In this document: piece by piece, positions 31,919-41,765 of the stretch
How the letters are laid out: each line of letters opens with the position of its first letter
Position numbering within the stretch: position 1 is the stretch's first letter
Origin: a virus
Reading direction: 5' to 3' (one strand)
DNA length: 64,000 bases
Virus record (IMG/VR): IMGVR_UViG_3300042886_000261
Location: 42,751-106,750 of that record
Program-made: the position numbers and the translations under genes
Notes under the pieces: model-generated
What the model saw: only the letters and a program-made list of their open reading frames with translations
Told to the model about the DNA's origin: nothing
Databases searched by the model: none

Positions 31919-34900
31919 TTAACAATCTAAATCATTTAATAATTCTTTATAAATTTCTGCTAATGTTTTATCATTAACATTTGCTTTTGCTTTATCTATA
32001 TTTTTAGTATTAGAAGTAAAATCTTTTAATACTTTTAATGACTCAGCAATTAAGTCTTTATCTTGTGTATCTAAACCTTTATTAGCTTTTTGAGCTTCTT
32101 TGGCTTTTTCAATTGCTAGTGTTGAAATGTGTTTATCTAACTCAAACAAAGATAATGTTTTTTCTTTATTATTATATGTAAATTCTACACCATTTTTATC
32201 AGATTTTACAACAGTAATTTCAGCACCTGTATCAGCAAAAACATCATCTTTAGTTTTACCAGGTACAGTATCAATAACAACTACTACATCACCTTCATTA
32301 AGTAATGTTTTAGATATAACAGTATTTGCTTGTTTAAATTCTTCTTTTTTAGCTTTTACTAATTCACCAATTATTTTACTATCTTCTAGAGTTATCTGTT
32401 TAGTAACTTTAACTGCATTTCTTAAATCAACAAGATAGTTTTCAAGTACATTTGCTTCTTTAATAGAATTAAGTTTATCTGTTACTTCAGCAATTGTAAT
32501 TCTTGGTTTTACAGTATCAGCTGTTTCAGCAAGTGTTTCTGAAGCAGTTAGTTTTGCAAAAATACTAGATACACCATTAAATGTTTTTTCAATTTCTGAT
32601 TTAAGTGTTGGGTTAGTTTTTATTAATGATGAACTGGCTCCATCAAGATAATCTTGATAACCTGATACATCAATATTACCTAATTTACTTTGCCAATCTG
32701 TTAGTATTACTGCAATTGCAGCATAATTCATAAAATCATAGATACCACTATTTTCTTCATAAGAAACATCTAGATTTAAGCCACCAAGAGGAAGTAATGA
32801 TAATAATTGTTGATTATTACCTTCTACTTTTGCAATTGGTTTATCATATTTATAATTTTTATTTAAACTATCAAGTATTTGTTTAATAATAGGATTATTA
32901 TAACCATCTTTATAAGTATCAGCTCCAGCTTTTACAAGCCAGTCTCCACCATTAAAAAAGAATGGATACCACTCACCTTTTGTTTTACTACTAGTTCCTT
33001 TTGAACTTCTATATATAGGTACTATTGCACCATCAATATTAAATACTATTGCATCTCTACCAGCAGACTGTTTAAAAAATGCACTGTTATTAATTTTTTC
33101 TACATGACCTTGTTCAGCAAGTGTTTCTAAAATTTTTGGTAACTCTACTCCTAATTCAAGTTGTGATGTTATTATATCAGCTACTCTTGCTCTTTTTTCT
33201 TTATCTGTAGTATCTATATCAACTTTAGTATCTGTAGTACTAACTTTTTTATCAACAACAGGAGTTGTTTCTTTTTCAGTAACTCCTTTTCTTAAAGCTG
33301 CATACTCATCAGCAAATGCAAGTGCATTTAATGAAGCTCCTAGTTCATCTTGGTATTCTGTATAGTTAAGATTTTCATCAACTATTTTAGCTAAGTCTTC
33401 TTTACTTAATATTTTAATTATATCTTCAGGATATTCTAGTTCTACTAATTTTTCAACTAATTTAGGATTCATTGCTGTAGCAACTTTTATACCTGGTGCT
33501 TTTGTTTCAATTTTAATTTTAGCATCTATCTTAGATTTAGCTTTAGCAAAACTAGGATTATTGATATCAAGTGGGAAGTACCAATTATCAAGACCTAATA
33601 ATTCTGAATTAGTAGGTTCTTTTACAGATATTATCTGATATTTTTGTTCATTAATAACTGTTTCAAGAGGCATGATGTTTATTTCAGCATCAAGTCCTGT
33701 CATCTTTTTTAATAATCTAGCATATATATATTGTTGTAAAGTATAATCTTCAGTTTTATTTAAACCTGATTTTGTTTTATCAACAAAGCCATTCCATTTT
33801 GTTTGTTTACCTGTTTTAAAATCTATTATATGTAATTTACCAGTTTGATCAATAAGTAGTAAATCCATTTCACCAGCAACATCACCTTGTTCATCAAATA
33901 CTACAAGACCTTTTGCTAATGTATATAATTCACCTGAATCTATTTTTTGTTTAATAGGTTTTAAGAAACCAGTAGGTCCAAACATACTATCATATGCCTC
34001 TCTAGTAATTTCTGATTCTTTAAATTCTGTTTTTTCCTTAGAGAAAAAATTTCTTAATTGCTCATCTATATAATCACCAGCTTTTCTTGTATACTCATAT
34101 GCATTTTCAGATATATGATTTTGTATAGCTTCTAATAAATCTTTTTTAGTTTTAATATTACTAGTTTCTGGATTAGCAAGTATTTCATTTAAATAGTTTC
34201 TTAAATTATCTGAACTAGATGCAACACCATCAAGAGTATCTTTTGTATATCCTGAATTTTCTAATGCTAATAATTTTTTATCAATATTAGTCATGAAAGC
34301 ATCAATGCTCTCTTTAGTTAACTTAGTTGCACCAATAGTATCATTGAATACTTCACCTATAGTGCTTTTGCCATTATATATATAGGCTTCAGATTTTAAT
34401 TCTTGTATATAATTAGTTACTCTTTTTAATAAATCACCTTTTTTATCTTTTAGTAAATAACCACTTTGACCTATTTTTCTTATATTTTTTTGTTGAGCAG
34501 ATAATTTTTCTTCTATAATTCTTATTGTCTCTTGAATACCTGGCTTAAAACTTTTTATTAAACGTGTAGCTATTAATTTTTCAAAATCATTAATTACTTT
34601 TGAATAATAAGCTTTTTTAACAGGGTCCTCTTCATTATCTCTAAAGTTCTTAAACTGAGTACTTAAAGTTTTTATTTGCTCATTATCAAATTTAGAAGTG
34701 TTATTTGTTTTGTTATTATACTCAAAATCAAATTCTTCTATTTTACCAGATTTTTGTTTTTCTACTTCTGCTACATTTTTATCATTATACTTATCTATAA
34801 TGGTTTTAGCTTTAGGATCTTTTTCAATAAATGCTTTAAACATATCTGATATCTCTTCATCAGATACTTCATCTTCAACTGCAGATGCTAGTGCTTCAGA

Positions 34901-37900
34901 TTTATTAAATTCATTCTGTAATTGACTATATAAGTCTTTAGGGAAATCTTTTAACTCAGTGTATATTGAGTATTGTTTTAATTCATTTTTATCTTTTTCA
35001 GCATCAAAAGTATCTATTGCTTCTTTCTTAAGTGCAGTATATTTTTTATTAAGTTCTTGAACATCTTCTTTACTTGGTTTAAGTTCAATTTTATATACTG
35101 TATATTCAGAAAATGTATTTTTAGTATCTTCAACTTTTATTATATTACCGTCTTTATTATTATTTCTTAAACCTTCAGGAGAACTATATAATGTTACAAC
35201 TTTATCTGTTTTTGAAACTGTTACTTCTACATAGTCACCAACAGTTAATGCATCAATAATTTCTTTAATTTTTATATTATCTTTTTTAACTGTTTCACCT
35301 TTAGTTTTTACTTCAGTTTTTGGTAATAAATTAAATTCTTTATCATATGCAATTTTTAACTCATCAAGTTTTACTTGTAATTTTTCATCAAAATTTTCTT
35401 TTGAGGGAGCATTATTTTTTAATTCTTTATTTTGCTGTAACCTATCAAATATTATAGCATATTCAGCACTACCTGGTTTTATTACTTGCTTAGTAGTCTC
35501 ATTAAGAAATTCTTTAGGTGGAATATTATTTTCCATATAATCTTGGAATGCATCAAGATCCATGAATATGTTTTTATCAGCTAATGCATTTAAAAATGCA
35601 TTATTTTCTAATCCATTAATTTGCTTATTAACCATATCTACAAAATAGTCTTTTCTATTATTGTACATATTGCTCATCCAAATTTGAGATTTTTTAAGTT
35701 GATCCATAAAAGATTGTGGATCATGTAATAAATTAATTTGATTTACAAGTATTTTTTGCTCATCACTTAACGTGTAATGATCTTTAAGCATACTAAAAGT
35801 TTTATCAATATCAGTATCAAATATATAAGTTGAATCAATACCATTTGTATTTTTTAAATAATTTTTATATGCTATTTCTAATTCATTATTTATTGCATTT
35901 TTTTGAATCTCAAGTATTTGTTCTTTATCTTCATCTGTTAATTCATCAACACCTTGTTGTTGTTTTACTGCTTCAAATAATTCATTAGAAACTTTAGCTT
36001 TTCCTTCTGCATTATTATATAAAGCATGCATACTATAAGCAGATGAAAAATCTTCTAATGCTTTTACTCTATTTTGTTTTTTTAATATTTCTGTTTTAGC
36101 TTTAGGATCAGTTGACTGACTAAATGCTTCTATTTCTGATTTAACTAATTGTATTTCATCATTTATTCTTGAAGGTTCAAGTACCATAAGCATGTCTGCT
36201 TGAGACATTTTTTTCATAGATGGGTTATTCAGAATCTTACCAGAAATGCTTGTCATTCTTTTAGCATTATCCATAAAACTATGATTTGCAAAAACATAAT
36301 TTTTTATCCCCATCTGCCAAGCTTCACTTAGTATTGCAGCATCTTTATATTCAGGTAAATCTTTATCATATTTACTTAAATCAATTGGATTAGGAAACCT
36401 ATCATTTGCATAGTTATATGACTTTTTTACTTCATCTATGTTAGATAAAATATTATCAATCTTATCTTGTTGCTTAGTTCCTGTACCTTTTTCAAATCCA
36501 AATGCTTCCTCAAATTCATCTACTGATAAATCTTTCATAGATCCAATATGATCTTTAAAATATTCAATTGTATTAGTATCTAAAGCAGTATATATTTGAG
36601 TAACAAATGCATTACTTAATTCATCTTTTGCATCTTTAGTATCTGCTTCATCTACATTAGATACTGTATTATTTTGAACACCATAGTTAAATAATCTAGA
36701 ATTAAAAAATTCTTTAGGATCATTGTATAAATCATTTAGTCTTTTTGATACAGTCTCACCATGTGTTTTTCTTAATTTTTTATATTCAGTAAATTTTTCT
36801 TTATTAAATATATGATTATAACCTGCATCTAAACCTCCTTTAGCTAAGTTTAACCCACCAGAAAATACACCCATTAATGCACCTGATGCAAATGTTTCAA
36901 ATCCTTGTGATGAAAATTGATCTTTTAATCCATCAAACATTAATGAACTTTGTGCTTTATTATATAAGTGAGCTCCTAATTCTTTATTTTTATATGTAGT
37001 TTCATAATACTTTTCATTAGCTACTGTAATAACATCTTGTAAATTTTCTTGAACACCTTCCATTAAGTTGGCTTTTGTATATTTACCAAGTGTTTTAATA
37101 GTAGTTTTTACTGGAGCAGCTTTAAAACCTTTAAGTGAATTTTTAAATGAATCAGCAACAAATGTAAATTCACCTTTAACTAATTTTTTACCAGTTACAG
37201 CAGTTTTTTCTAAAACAATTTTACCACCTTTCATGGATAATACATCATCTATTTTAGAATTAATTACTCTTTTACCAATGCCTGATTTCATAAAATTAGG
37301 AAGGACAACTTTATTTGTTCCCAATATTAATGCAGTATTCCACATTAATGTATTCATTCCAGATTCTTTTGCTTTTTTAGTTAATATATATTGTTCATCA
37401 TCATTTGGTGCTCTACCATTTTTTTCATAAAATGCATTATAAAGATCATCATATACTTTATTATCATTCATACCACCTTCTAGACGGGCTTCTGATAATG
37501 ACATATTAATATTCCTCATGTCTCTAAATAAACCACCAGCTGTTCTACTTGTACTTTGTGACAATCTTGCAAAACCTGTTAAGTTATCTGCATTTTTACC
37601 AATGCCTGCAAATGCATCAAATGTATTTTCAATTGGATTTAAAAATTTACCTAATTTACTTGCATTAATATTTTCTGCTGCTTTCCACATATTTCTAGCA
37701 CCAGTAATAGTATTTGCTTCATTAATTGTTTTATTTATAGCATTATAACCTTTTGCAGCCATTTCAGTTACATCACCAATTTTACCAATTTTTCTAGCAT
37801 TATTAGCAGTAGCAGCAAAGAAAGAACCTCCTCCTGTAAGAGGAGCAAGTAAAGCACCAGCAGCTTCTTCAAGAATTGCTGAACCAAGGATACCTGCTGT

Positions 37901-38578
37901 ATAACCAAAACTCATTGCAGTATTATTAAAGAATGCACCCATACCTTTTGATGAATCATATCCTATAGCTGATGCTTGTTCATACATTCTTGCATCTTCA
38001 GTATCAGCACTAAAGTCACCTTGCATCATTTTAAGAAAACTTTTTGAATTAGATACAAATCCTCTTCCTGCTAATGGTAATAAACCATATGTTACACTTC
38101 TAACAAATTTATCTCCCCAAGTTGTATTAGCATTATATATTGCATCATTATCTCTCATAGGAGAGAATCCAATTTCATCAAATTTTGCTTGACCAAAACC
38201 AACTGCATATCTTTTGTAAAAAGAGTTACCAGATGGACCAGCATTATATGCATATACTTTTGCATATTCATTTTTATCTTGATTTAATGCAACCTTCATT
38301 TTAAATCTTTCACCAATTGCTTTTGCCATTTCTTCTGGTGATACATTTTTATTTGGATTTTTATGACTTGGTAAATTTGGGCTACGGCCAGTTATTGCAT
38401 CTTGTATTGGATAACGTGGATTTGTACTAACTAAAGGTGGAGTAACAGGAAAATAATCTCTTATTTCTCTTGATTTTTCTCCTTCAAATGGAGATAAACT
38501 TCTTGAACTAATTCCAGGTGCTTGAATTTTACCAAATTCTGGTCCAAGTGGATCTAAAGGAGCAGTACTATTTTCCAT
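31919..38578 (-). CDS. large virion cargo/ejection protein with hydrophobic N-terminal segments and an internal PD-(D/E)XK nuclease-like domain
   Basis: GYTAGILGSAILEEAAGALLAPLTGGG and FASGALMGVFSGG segments; AGEMDLLLID…HIIDFKTG…YTLQQYIYA; only Cys is the last residue. Confidence 0.65.
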   Translation of the reverse strand: MENSTAPLDPLGPEFGKIQAPGISSRSLSPFEGEKSREIRDYFPVTPPLVSTNPRYPIQDAITGRSPNLPSHKNPNKNVSPEEMAKAIGERFKMKVALNQDKNEYAKVYAYNAGPSGNSFYKRYAVGFGQAKFDEIGFSPMRDNDAIYNANTTWGDKFVRSVTYGLLPLAGRGFVSNSKSFLKMMQGDFSADTEDARMYEQASAIGYDSSKGMGAFFNNTAMSFGYTAGILGSAILEEAAGALLAPLTGGGSFFAATANNARKIGKIGDVTEMAAKGYNAINKTINEANTITGARNMWKAAENINASKLGKFLNPIENTFDAFAGIGKNADNLTGFARLSQSTSRTAGGLFRDMRNINMSLSEARLEGGMNDNKVYDDLYNAFYEKNGRAPNDDEQYILTKKAKESGMNTLMWNTALILGTNKVVLPNFMKSGIGKRVINSKIDDVLSMKGGKIVLEKTAVTGKKLVKGEFTFVADSFKNSLKGFKAAPVKTTIKTLGKYTKANLMEGVQENLQDVITVANEKYYETTYKNKELGAHLYNKAQSSLMFDGLKDQFSSQGFETFASGALMGVFSGGLNLAKGGLDAGYNHIFNKEKFTEYKKLRKTHGETVSKRLNDLYNDPKEFFNSRLFNYGVQNNTVSNVDEADTKDAKDELSNAFVTQIYTALDTNTIEYFKDHIGSMKDLSVDEFEEAFGFEKGTGTKQQDKIDNILSNIDEVKKSYNYANDRFPNPIDLSKYDKDLPEYKDAAILSEAWQMGIKNYVFANHSFMDNAKRMTSISGKILNNPSMKKMSQADMLMVLEPSRINDEIQLVKSEIEAFSQSTDPKAKTEILKKQNRVKALEDFSSAYSMHALYNNAEGKAKVSNELFEAVKQQQGVDELTDEDKEQILEIQKNAINNELEIAYKNYLKNTNGIDSTYIFDTDIDKTFSMLKDHYTLSDEQKILVNQINLLHDPQSFMDQLKKSQIWMSNMYNNRKDYFVDMVNKQINGLENNAFLNALADKNIFMDLDAFQDYMENNIPPKEFLNETTKQVIKPGSAEYAIIFDRLQQNKELKNNAPSKENFDEKLQVKLDELKIAYDKEFNLLPKTEVKTKGETVKKDNIKIKEIIDALTVGDYVEVTVSKTDKVVTLYSSPEGLRNNNKDGNIIKVEDTKNTFSEYTVYKIELKPSKEDVQELNKKYTALKKEAIDTFDAEKDKNELKQYSIYTELKDFPKDLYSQLQNEFNKSEALASAVEDEVSDEEISDMFKAFIEKDPKAKTIIDKYNDKNVAEVEKQKSGKIEEFDFEYNNKTNNTSKFDNEQIKTLSTQFKNFRDNEEDPVKKAYYSKVINDFEKLIATRLIKSFKPGIQETIRIIEEKLSAQQKNIRKIGQSGYLLKDKKGDLLKRVTNYIQELKSEAYIYNGKSTIGEVFNDTIGATKLTKESIDAFMTNIDKKLLALENSGYTKDTLDGVASSSDNLRNYLNEILANPETSNIKTKKDLLEAIQNHISENAYEYTRKAGDYIDEQLRNFFSKEKTEFKESEITREAYDSMFGPTGFLKPIKQKIDSGELYTLAKGLVVFDEQGDVAGEMDLLLIDQTGKLHIIDFKTGKQTKWNGFVDKTKSGLNKTEDYTLQQYIYARLLKKMTGLDAEINIMPLETVINEQKYQIISVKEPTNSELLGLDNWYFPLDINNPSFAKAKSKIDAKIKIETKAPGIKVATAMNPKLVEKLVELEYPEDIIKILSKEDLAKIVDENLNYTEYQDELGASLNALAFADEYAALRKGVTEKETTPVVDKKVSTTDTKVDIDTTDKEKRARVADIITSQLELGVELPKILETLAEQGHVEKINNSAFFKQSAGRDAIVFNIDGAIVPIYRSSKGTSSKTKGEWYPFFFNGGDWLVKAGADTYKDGYNNPIIKQILDSLNKNYKYDKPIAKVEGNNQQLLSLLPLGGLNLDVSYEENSGIYDFMNYAAIAVILTDWQSKLGNIDVSGYQDYLDGASSSLIKTNPTLKSEIEKTFNGVSSIFAKLTASETLAETADTVKPRITIAEVTDKLNSIKEANVLENYLVDLRNAVKVTKQITLEDSKIIGELVKAKKEEFKQANTVISKTLLNEGDVVVVIDTVPGKTKDDVFADTGAEITVVKSDKNGVEFTYNNKEKTLSLFELDKHISTLAIEKAKEAQKANKGLDTQDKDLIAESLKVLKDFTSNTKNIDKAKANVNDKTLAEIYKELLNDLDC

Positions 38579-41500
38579 TATCTATTAGCATTATTAAATA
38601 TTTGATTACTTAAATCTCTTGCTTCTTCCCAAGCTCCAAATGCATCCATTGATGCTTTTTCTAATTGCTGACCACTTGTGATTCCATGATCTGATACTGT
38701 AAGTACTTCATAATCTTTTATTTTTGGATTATAATATTTATAATCATATTTATATGTATAACCACCAAGTATTTTATCTTTTTCAACAGTAAATTTATTT
38801 CCATTACTATCATCATTTGGATCATCAATAACATAAGGTTGATTATAAGATGAATTAAATTCTACATTAGCTTCAATAGGTGTAACTTTTGTTTGTTGAT
38901 ACATATGATTACTCCAGTTTTTTTCATCTGATATAAATGATATACCATTTTGTAAAGCATTATTAGCCATGTCTTGACTTATAATACCTGGACCTTTTTT
39001 ACCTTCAGCTGTTTCTGTATATGTATGTTTTTTTAACCATTCAGCATCAGGATAAAAAATCATTGCACCTTTACCAACTGTATTTAAAGCTAATGGTTGA
39101 GCAGCTAATCTAAATCCTTTAAGTGTTCCACCTCTCATTGATGTTTCATGAAATGCTTCTTCTATTAAAGCTTTTCCTTCTTTAACATTATTTGCACCAG
39201 TTTTAACAGGTCCATTAAATCTTACTTGAATATCTTTATCAAAATTAAGTCTATTAAGATCTTTTTGAAATCCTCTCCAACTAAATGCTCCAACTGTATT
39301 AGGGGCATCAGCATATACATTTACACCATGTTCACCAATTGTTGTTAATCCAGGAGTTCCAAATCTACCAAGTGCAGGTATTCCAGGAGGTGGTATTCTT
39401 ATTTTATCAGAACTATAACCTTTCATAACAAGTGCATGAAGTTTATCATAATCATATAGTTTTAATACTCTTGCTGTTCCTGGATTTATTTTAGGATCAT
39501 ATATGCTATATCTACCTTCTTGAGGCATTACGCTATTTAATGCTCCTGCAACTTTTGCTACATTACCAAGAATACCAAAACCAAAACTACCAAAACCTGG
39601 TGCATTTGATACTACATCAGTCATTGTATTACTTATATCCTCACCTCTTTTTCTTGCAGCTTCAACTTTTTTCCAATTTTCATAATTTGCAAGATCTTCT
39701 TTATTTACTTTTTTATTAGCAAGTACTGTACTTTCAAATACTGCTTTAGATACAGGATTACCTTGTTTATCAAACAGGTAATCAACAACATCAACAGAAC
39801 TTGGATCTGCATTAAGTACATAATTTCTAACATCTTGATTTACACTTGTTTTCCATTTTTGTAAATTTTGATCTTGAGTATAATAGTTATTTAAATTGAT
39901 ATTATAATTTAACATATTTTTACCAACAATATCAAATGCACTATTACCTTTATTATAATTAGATTTTACAAGTTGTTGAAAACTATCTGTGATTTTTTTT
40001 AATTTATTAGCACCAAGTGTTTTTCTTACAAAATCTTGTGGAGCTGCTTGTAATTGTTCATTAAATTTATCAATTGTCATACCTTTACCAAGTACATTTT
40101 CTATATCTTGAGTTGATAATTGACCTTTTAAATCTCTCATTGATGATAACATTTGTTTTAAATATGGTGTAACATTCTCATCAATACTGTTTAATTTGTT
40201 TTGACCAAGTTGTTCCATTACATTTATTTCATCTGAACTTGCACCTCTATCTTTTTGTCTTGTGGTGATTGCATCTGCATCTGGATTTAATATAGGTCTC
40301 ATGTAATTTGGATTAGCATATGTTTTACCATCTGGTCCTACAACAGTTTGTTGTAAATCAGGAGTATATGCTTTACTATCATACATTTCTTTATATGCTG
40401 CTGCATCTAAAGTACTTTGTTTTATCATTTGAGCAGATCTTTCTCTACTTGCATTAGCAGAAGCAACTTCTTGCATTCTATAACCATGCTCTTGTTCTTT
40501 AACTGCATATATGTTTGCTTCATAGTCAACTTCTCTATGTGTTCTTGCATATAAGTCTGCAGCTTCACCTAAATCTTTTTGCATTAATTTAGATGCCATA
40601 GCATTATCAATATTATATCTTAAAGATTCAACATCCCCATAAGGATTTTCAAATCCAGTTGATGTTGTAGCTGTACTTGATTTAGTTGATAATGCAGATA
40701 CAGTAGTATTATTATTTGTTTCTAATGTAGTAGTTATATTTTTTGCTTCTTGTAATCTTTCTAAATATGAAGCTGTATTTGGTGTTGCATTACCAGTTGA
40801 TACAGCTTTTTTTACTGCATCAATTTTTGTATCAGTAACATTATTTTGTTTTTCTAATTCAACTTTTCTTGCATCAGCCTCAGTCTTAAGTACTTTATAA
40901 CTTTCAGTAAGATAACTCATTTCAGCAGCATTTTTATCTCCATTAAATCTAGCTGCATTAGAATATGCATAATCTTTTCTATTTATATATGCTTGAGTTT
41001 TATAAACATCAATGACTGCTGGATCAGATCCAAGTTGTGCTTCAAGTAATCTATTTAATGGTTCAAGTATATTTTCACCATTAGTAGTTTTTACCATCCA
41101 TTTACCATCAGCTGTTGGTCTAATAGTTTCAACTTTATAACCTTGATCTTTAGCAATTTTTTGAGCTTTTTCAATTACATTTACATATGGAGTATAAGAT
41201 ACATTACCCATATTCATTGTTTCTTCAAGACTAGCTTCTTTAAATTCTTCAGTTTTATATTGTAAAAATTTTAAACCATCATCCCAATATTGTGATCTTT
41301 GTTTTTCATCTCTACTATTTTTTAAACCAGCACCATAAGCTTTTTCACTATTAATATTTTTAGTCCAAGCCATATCTTTCATAAGATGTTTATCTTGATA
41401 GAAAGGTTTAAATACCTGAGTAGCCTGATCAACATTTTGGTCTAATGATAAATCTAAACCAGAGACACGTTTTAAATTAAAATCAATTGCTTTAATTAAC

Positions 41501-41697
41501 TCATCTTTCTTTTTAAGATTATCTCCATGAGTTAAATCTGCATAGAAATATTGACCATAAACATTATTTAATGCTTTATAGTTTGTATCATACTGATTTT
41601 GCTTTGTCTGCAATGCTGTTGCATAAAAGTTTAAATCAGGTTGAAAGGGTTGAAATTGAGGAATAAAATCAGTGACACCTTGTAAATATGTTGACAT
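38578..41697 (-). CDS. putative virion cargo protein
   Basis: 1039 aa, no Cys, coupled (TAATG) to the 2219-aa gene; PQFQPFQPDLNF N-terminus; lies between muzzle and vRNAP cluster. Confidence 0.6.
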   Translation of the reverse strand: MSTYLQGVTDFIPQFQPFQPDLNFYATALQTKQNQYDTNYKALNNVYGQYFYADLTHGDNLKKKDELIKAIDFNLKRVSGLDLSLDQNVDQATQVFKPFYQDKHLMKDMAWTKNINSEKAYGAGLKNSRDEKQRSQYWDDGLKFLQYKTEEFKEASLEETMNMGNVSYTPYVNVIEKAQKIAKDQGYKVETIRPTADGKWMVKTTNGENILEPLNRLLEAQLGSDPAVIDVYKTQAYINRKDYAYSNAARFNGDKNAAEMSYLTESYKVLKTEADARKVELEKQNNVTDTKIDAVKKAVSTGNATPNTASYLERLQEAKNITTTLETNNNTTVSALSTKSSTATTSTGFENPYGDVESLRYNIDNAMASKLMQKDLGEAADLYARTHREVDYEANIYAVKEQEHGYRMQEVASANASRERSAQMIKQSTLDAAAYKEMYDSKAYTPDLQQTVVGPDGKTYANPNYMRPILNPDADAITTRQKDRGASSDEINVMEQLGQNKLNSIDENVTPYLKQMLSSMRDLKGQLSTQDIENVLGKGMTIDKFNEQLQAAPQDFVRKTLGANKLKKITDSFQQLVKSNYNKGNSAFDIVGKNMLNYNINLNNYYTQDQNLQKWKTSVNQDVRNYVLNADPSSVDVVDYLFDKQGNPVSKAVFESTVLANKKVNKEDLANYENWKKVEAARKRGEDISNTMTDVVSNAPGFGSFGFGILGNVAKVAGALNSVMPQEGRYSIYDPKINPGTARVLKLYDYDKLHALVMKGYSSDKIRIPPPGIPALGRFGTPGLTTIGEHGVNVYADAPNTVGAFSWRGFQKDLNRLNFDKDIQVRFNGPVKTGANNVKEGKALIEEAFHETSMRGGTLKGFRLAAQPLALNTVGKGAMIFYPDAEWLKKHTYTETAEGKKGPGIISQDMANNALQNGISFISDEKNWSNHMYQQTKVTPIEANVEFNSSYNQPYVIDDPNDDSNGNKFTVEKDKILGGYTYKYDYKYYNPKIKDYEVLTVSDHGITSGQQLEKASMDAFGAWEEARDLSNQIFNNANR

Positions 41698-41720
41698 AAT
41701 ATTAGTATTAATCTATATTG

Positions 41721-41765
41721 TAAATATATTAAAATTTTATAAGTTTACTAAACCTATAAAGTTTA
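41721..41765 (-). promoter_or_regulatory. putative late promoter with TAAAC-N7-GTTTA palindrome
   Basis: Minus strand AAAATTTTAATATATTTA ~25 nt upstream of ATG 41697; shares AGTTTACTA and TAAAC-N7-GTTTA with 47085-47129. Confidence 0.45.

Noticed and set aside
18575-31924. Split inteins as the explanation for the terminal cysteines
   Set aside because: No HINT-like blocks or C-terminal His-Asn; the Cys is the last residue or residue 3-4, which does not fit intein chemistry
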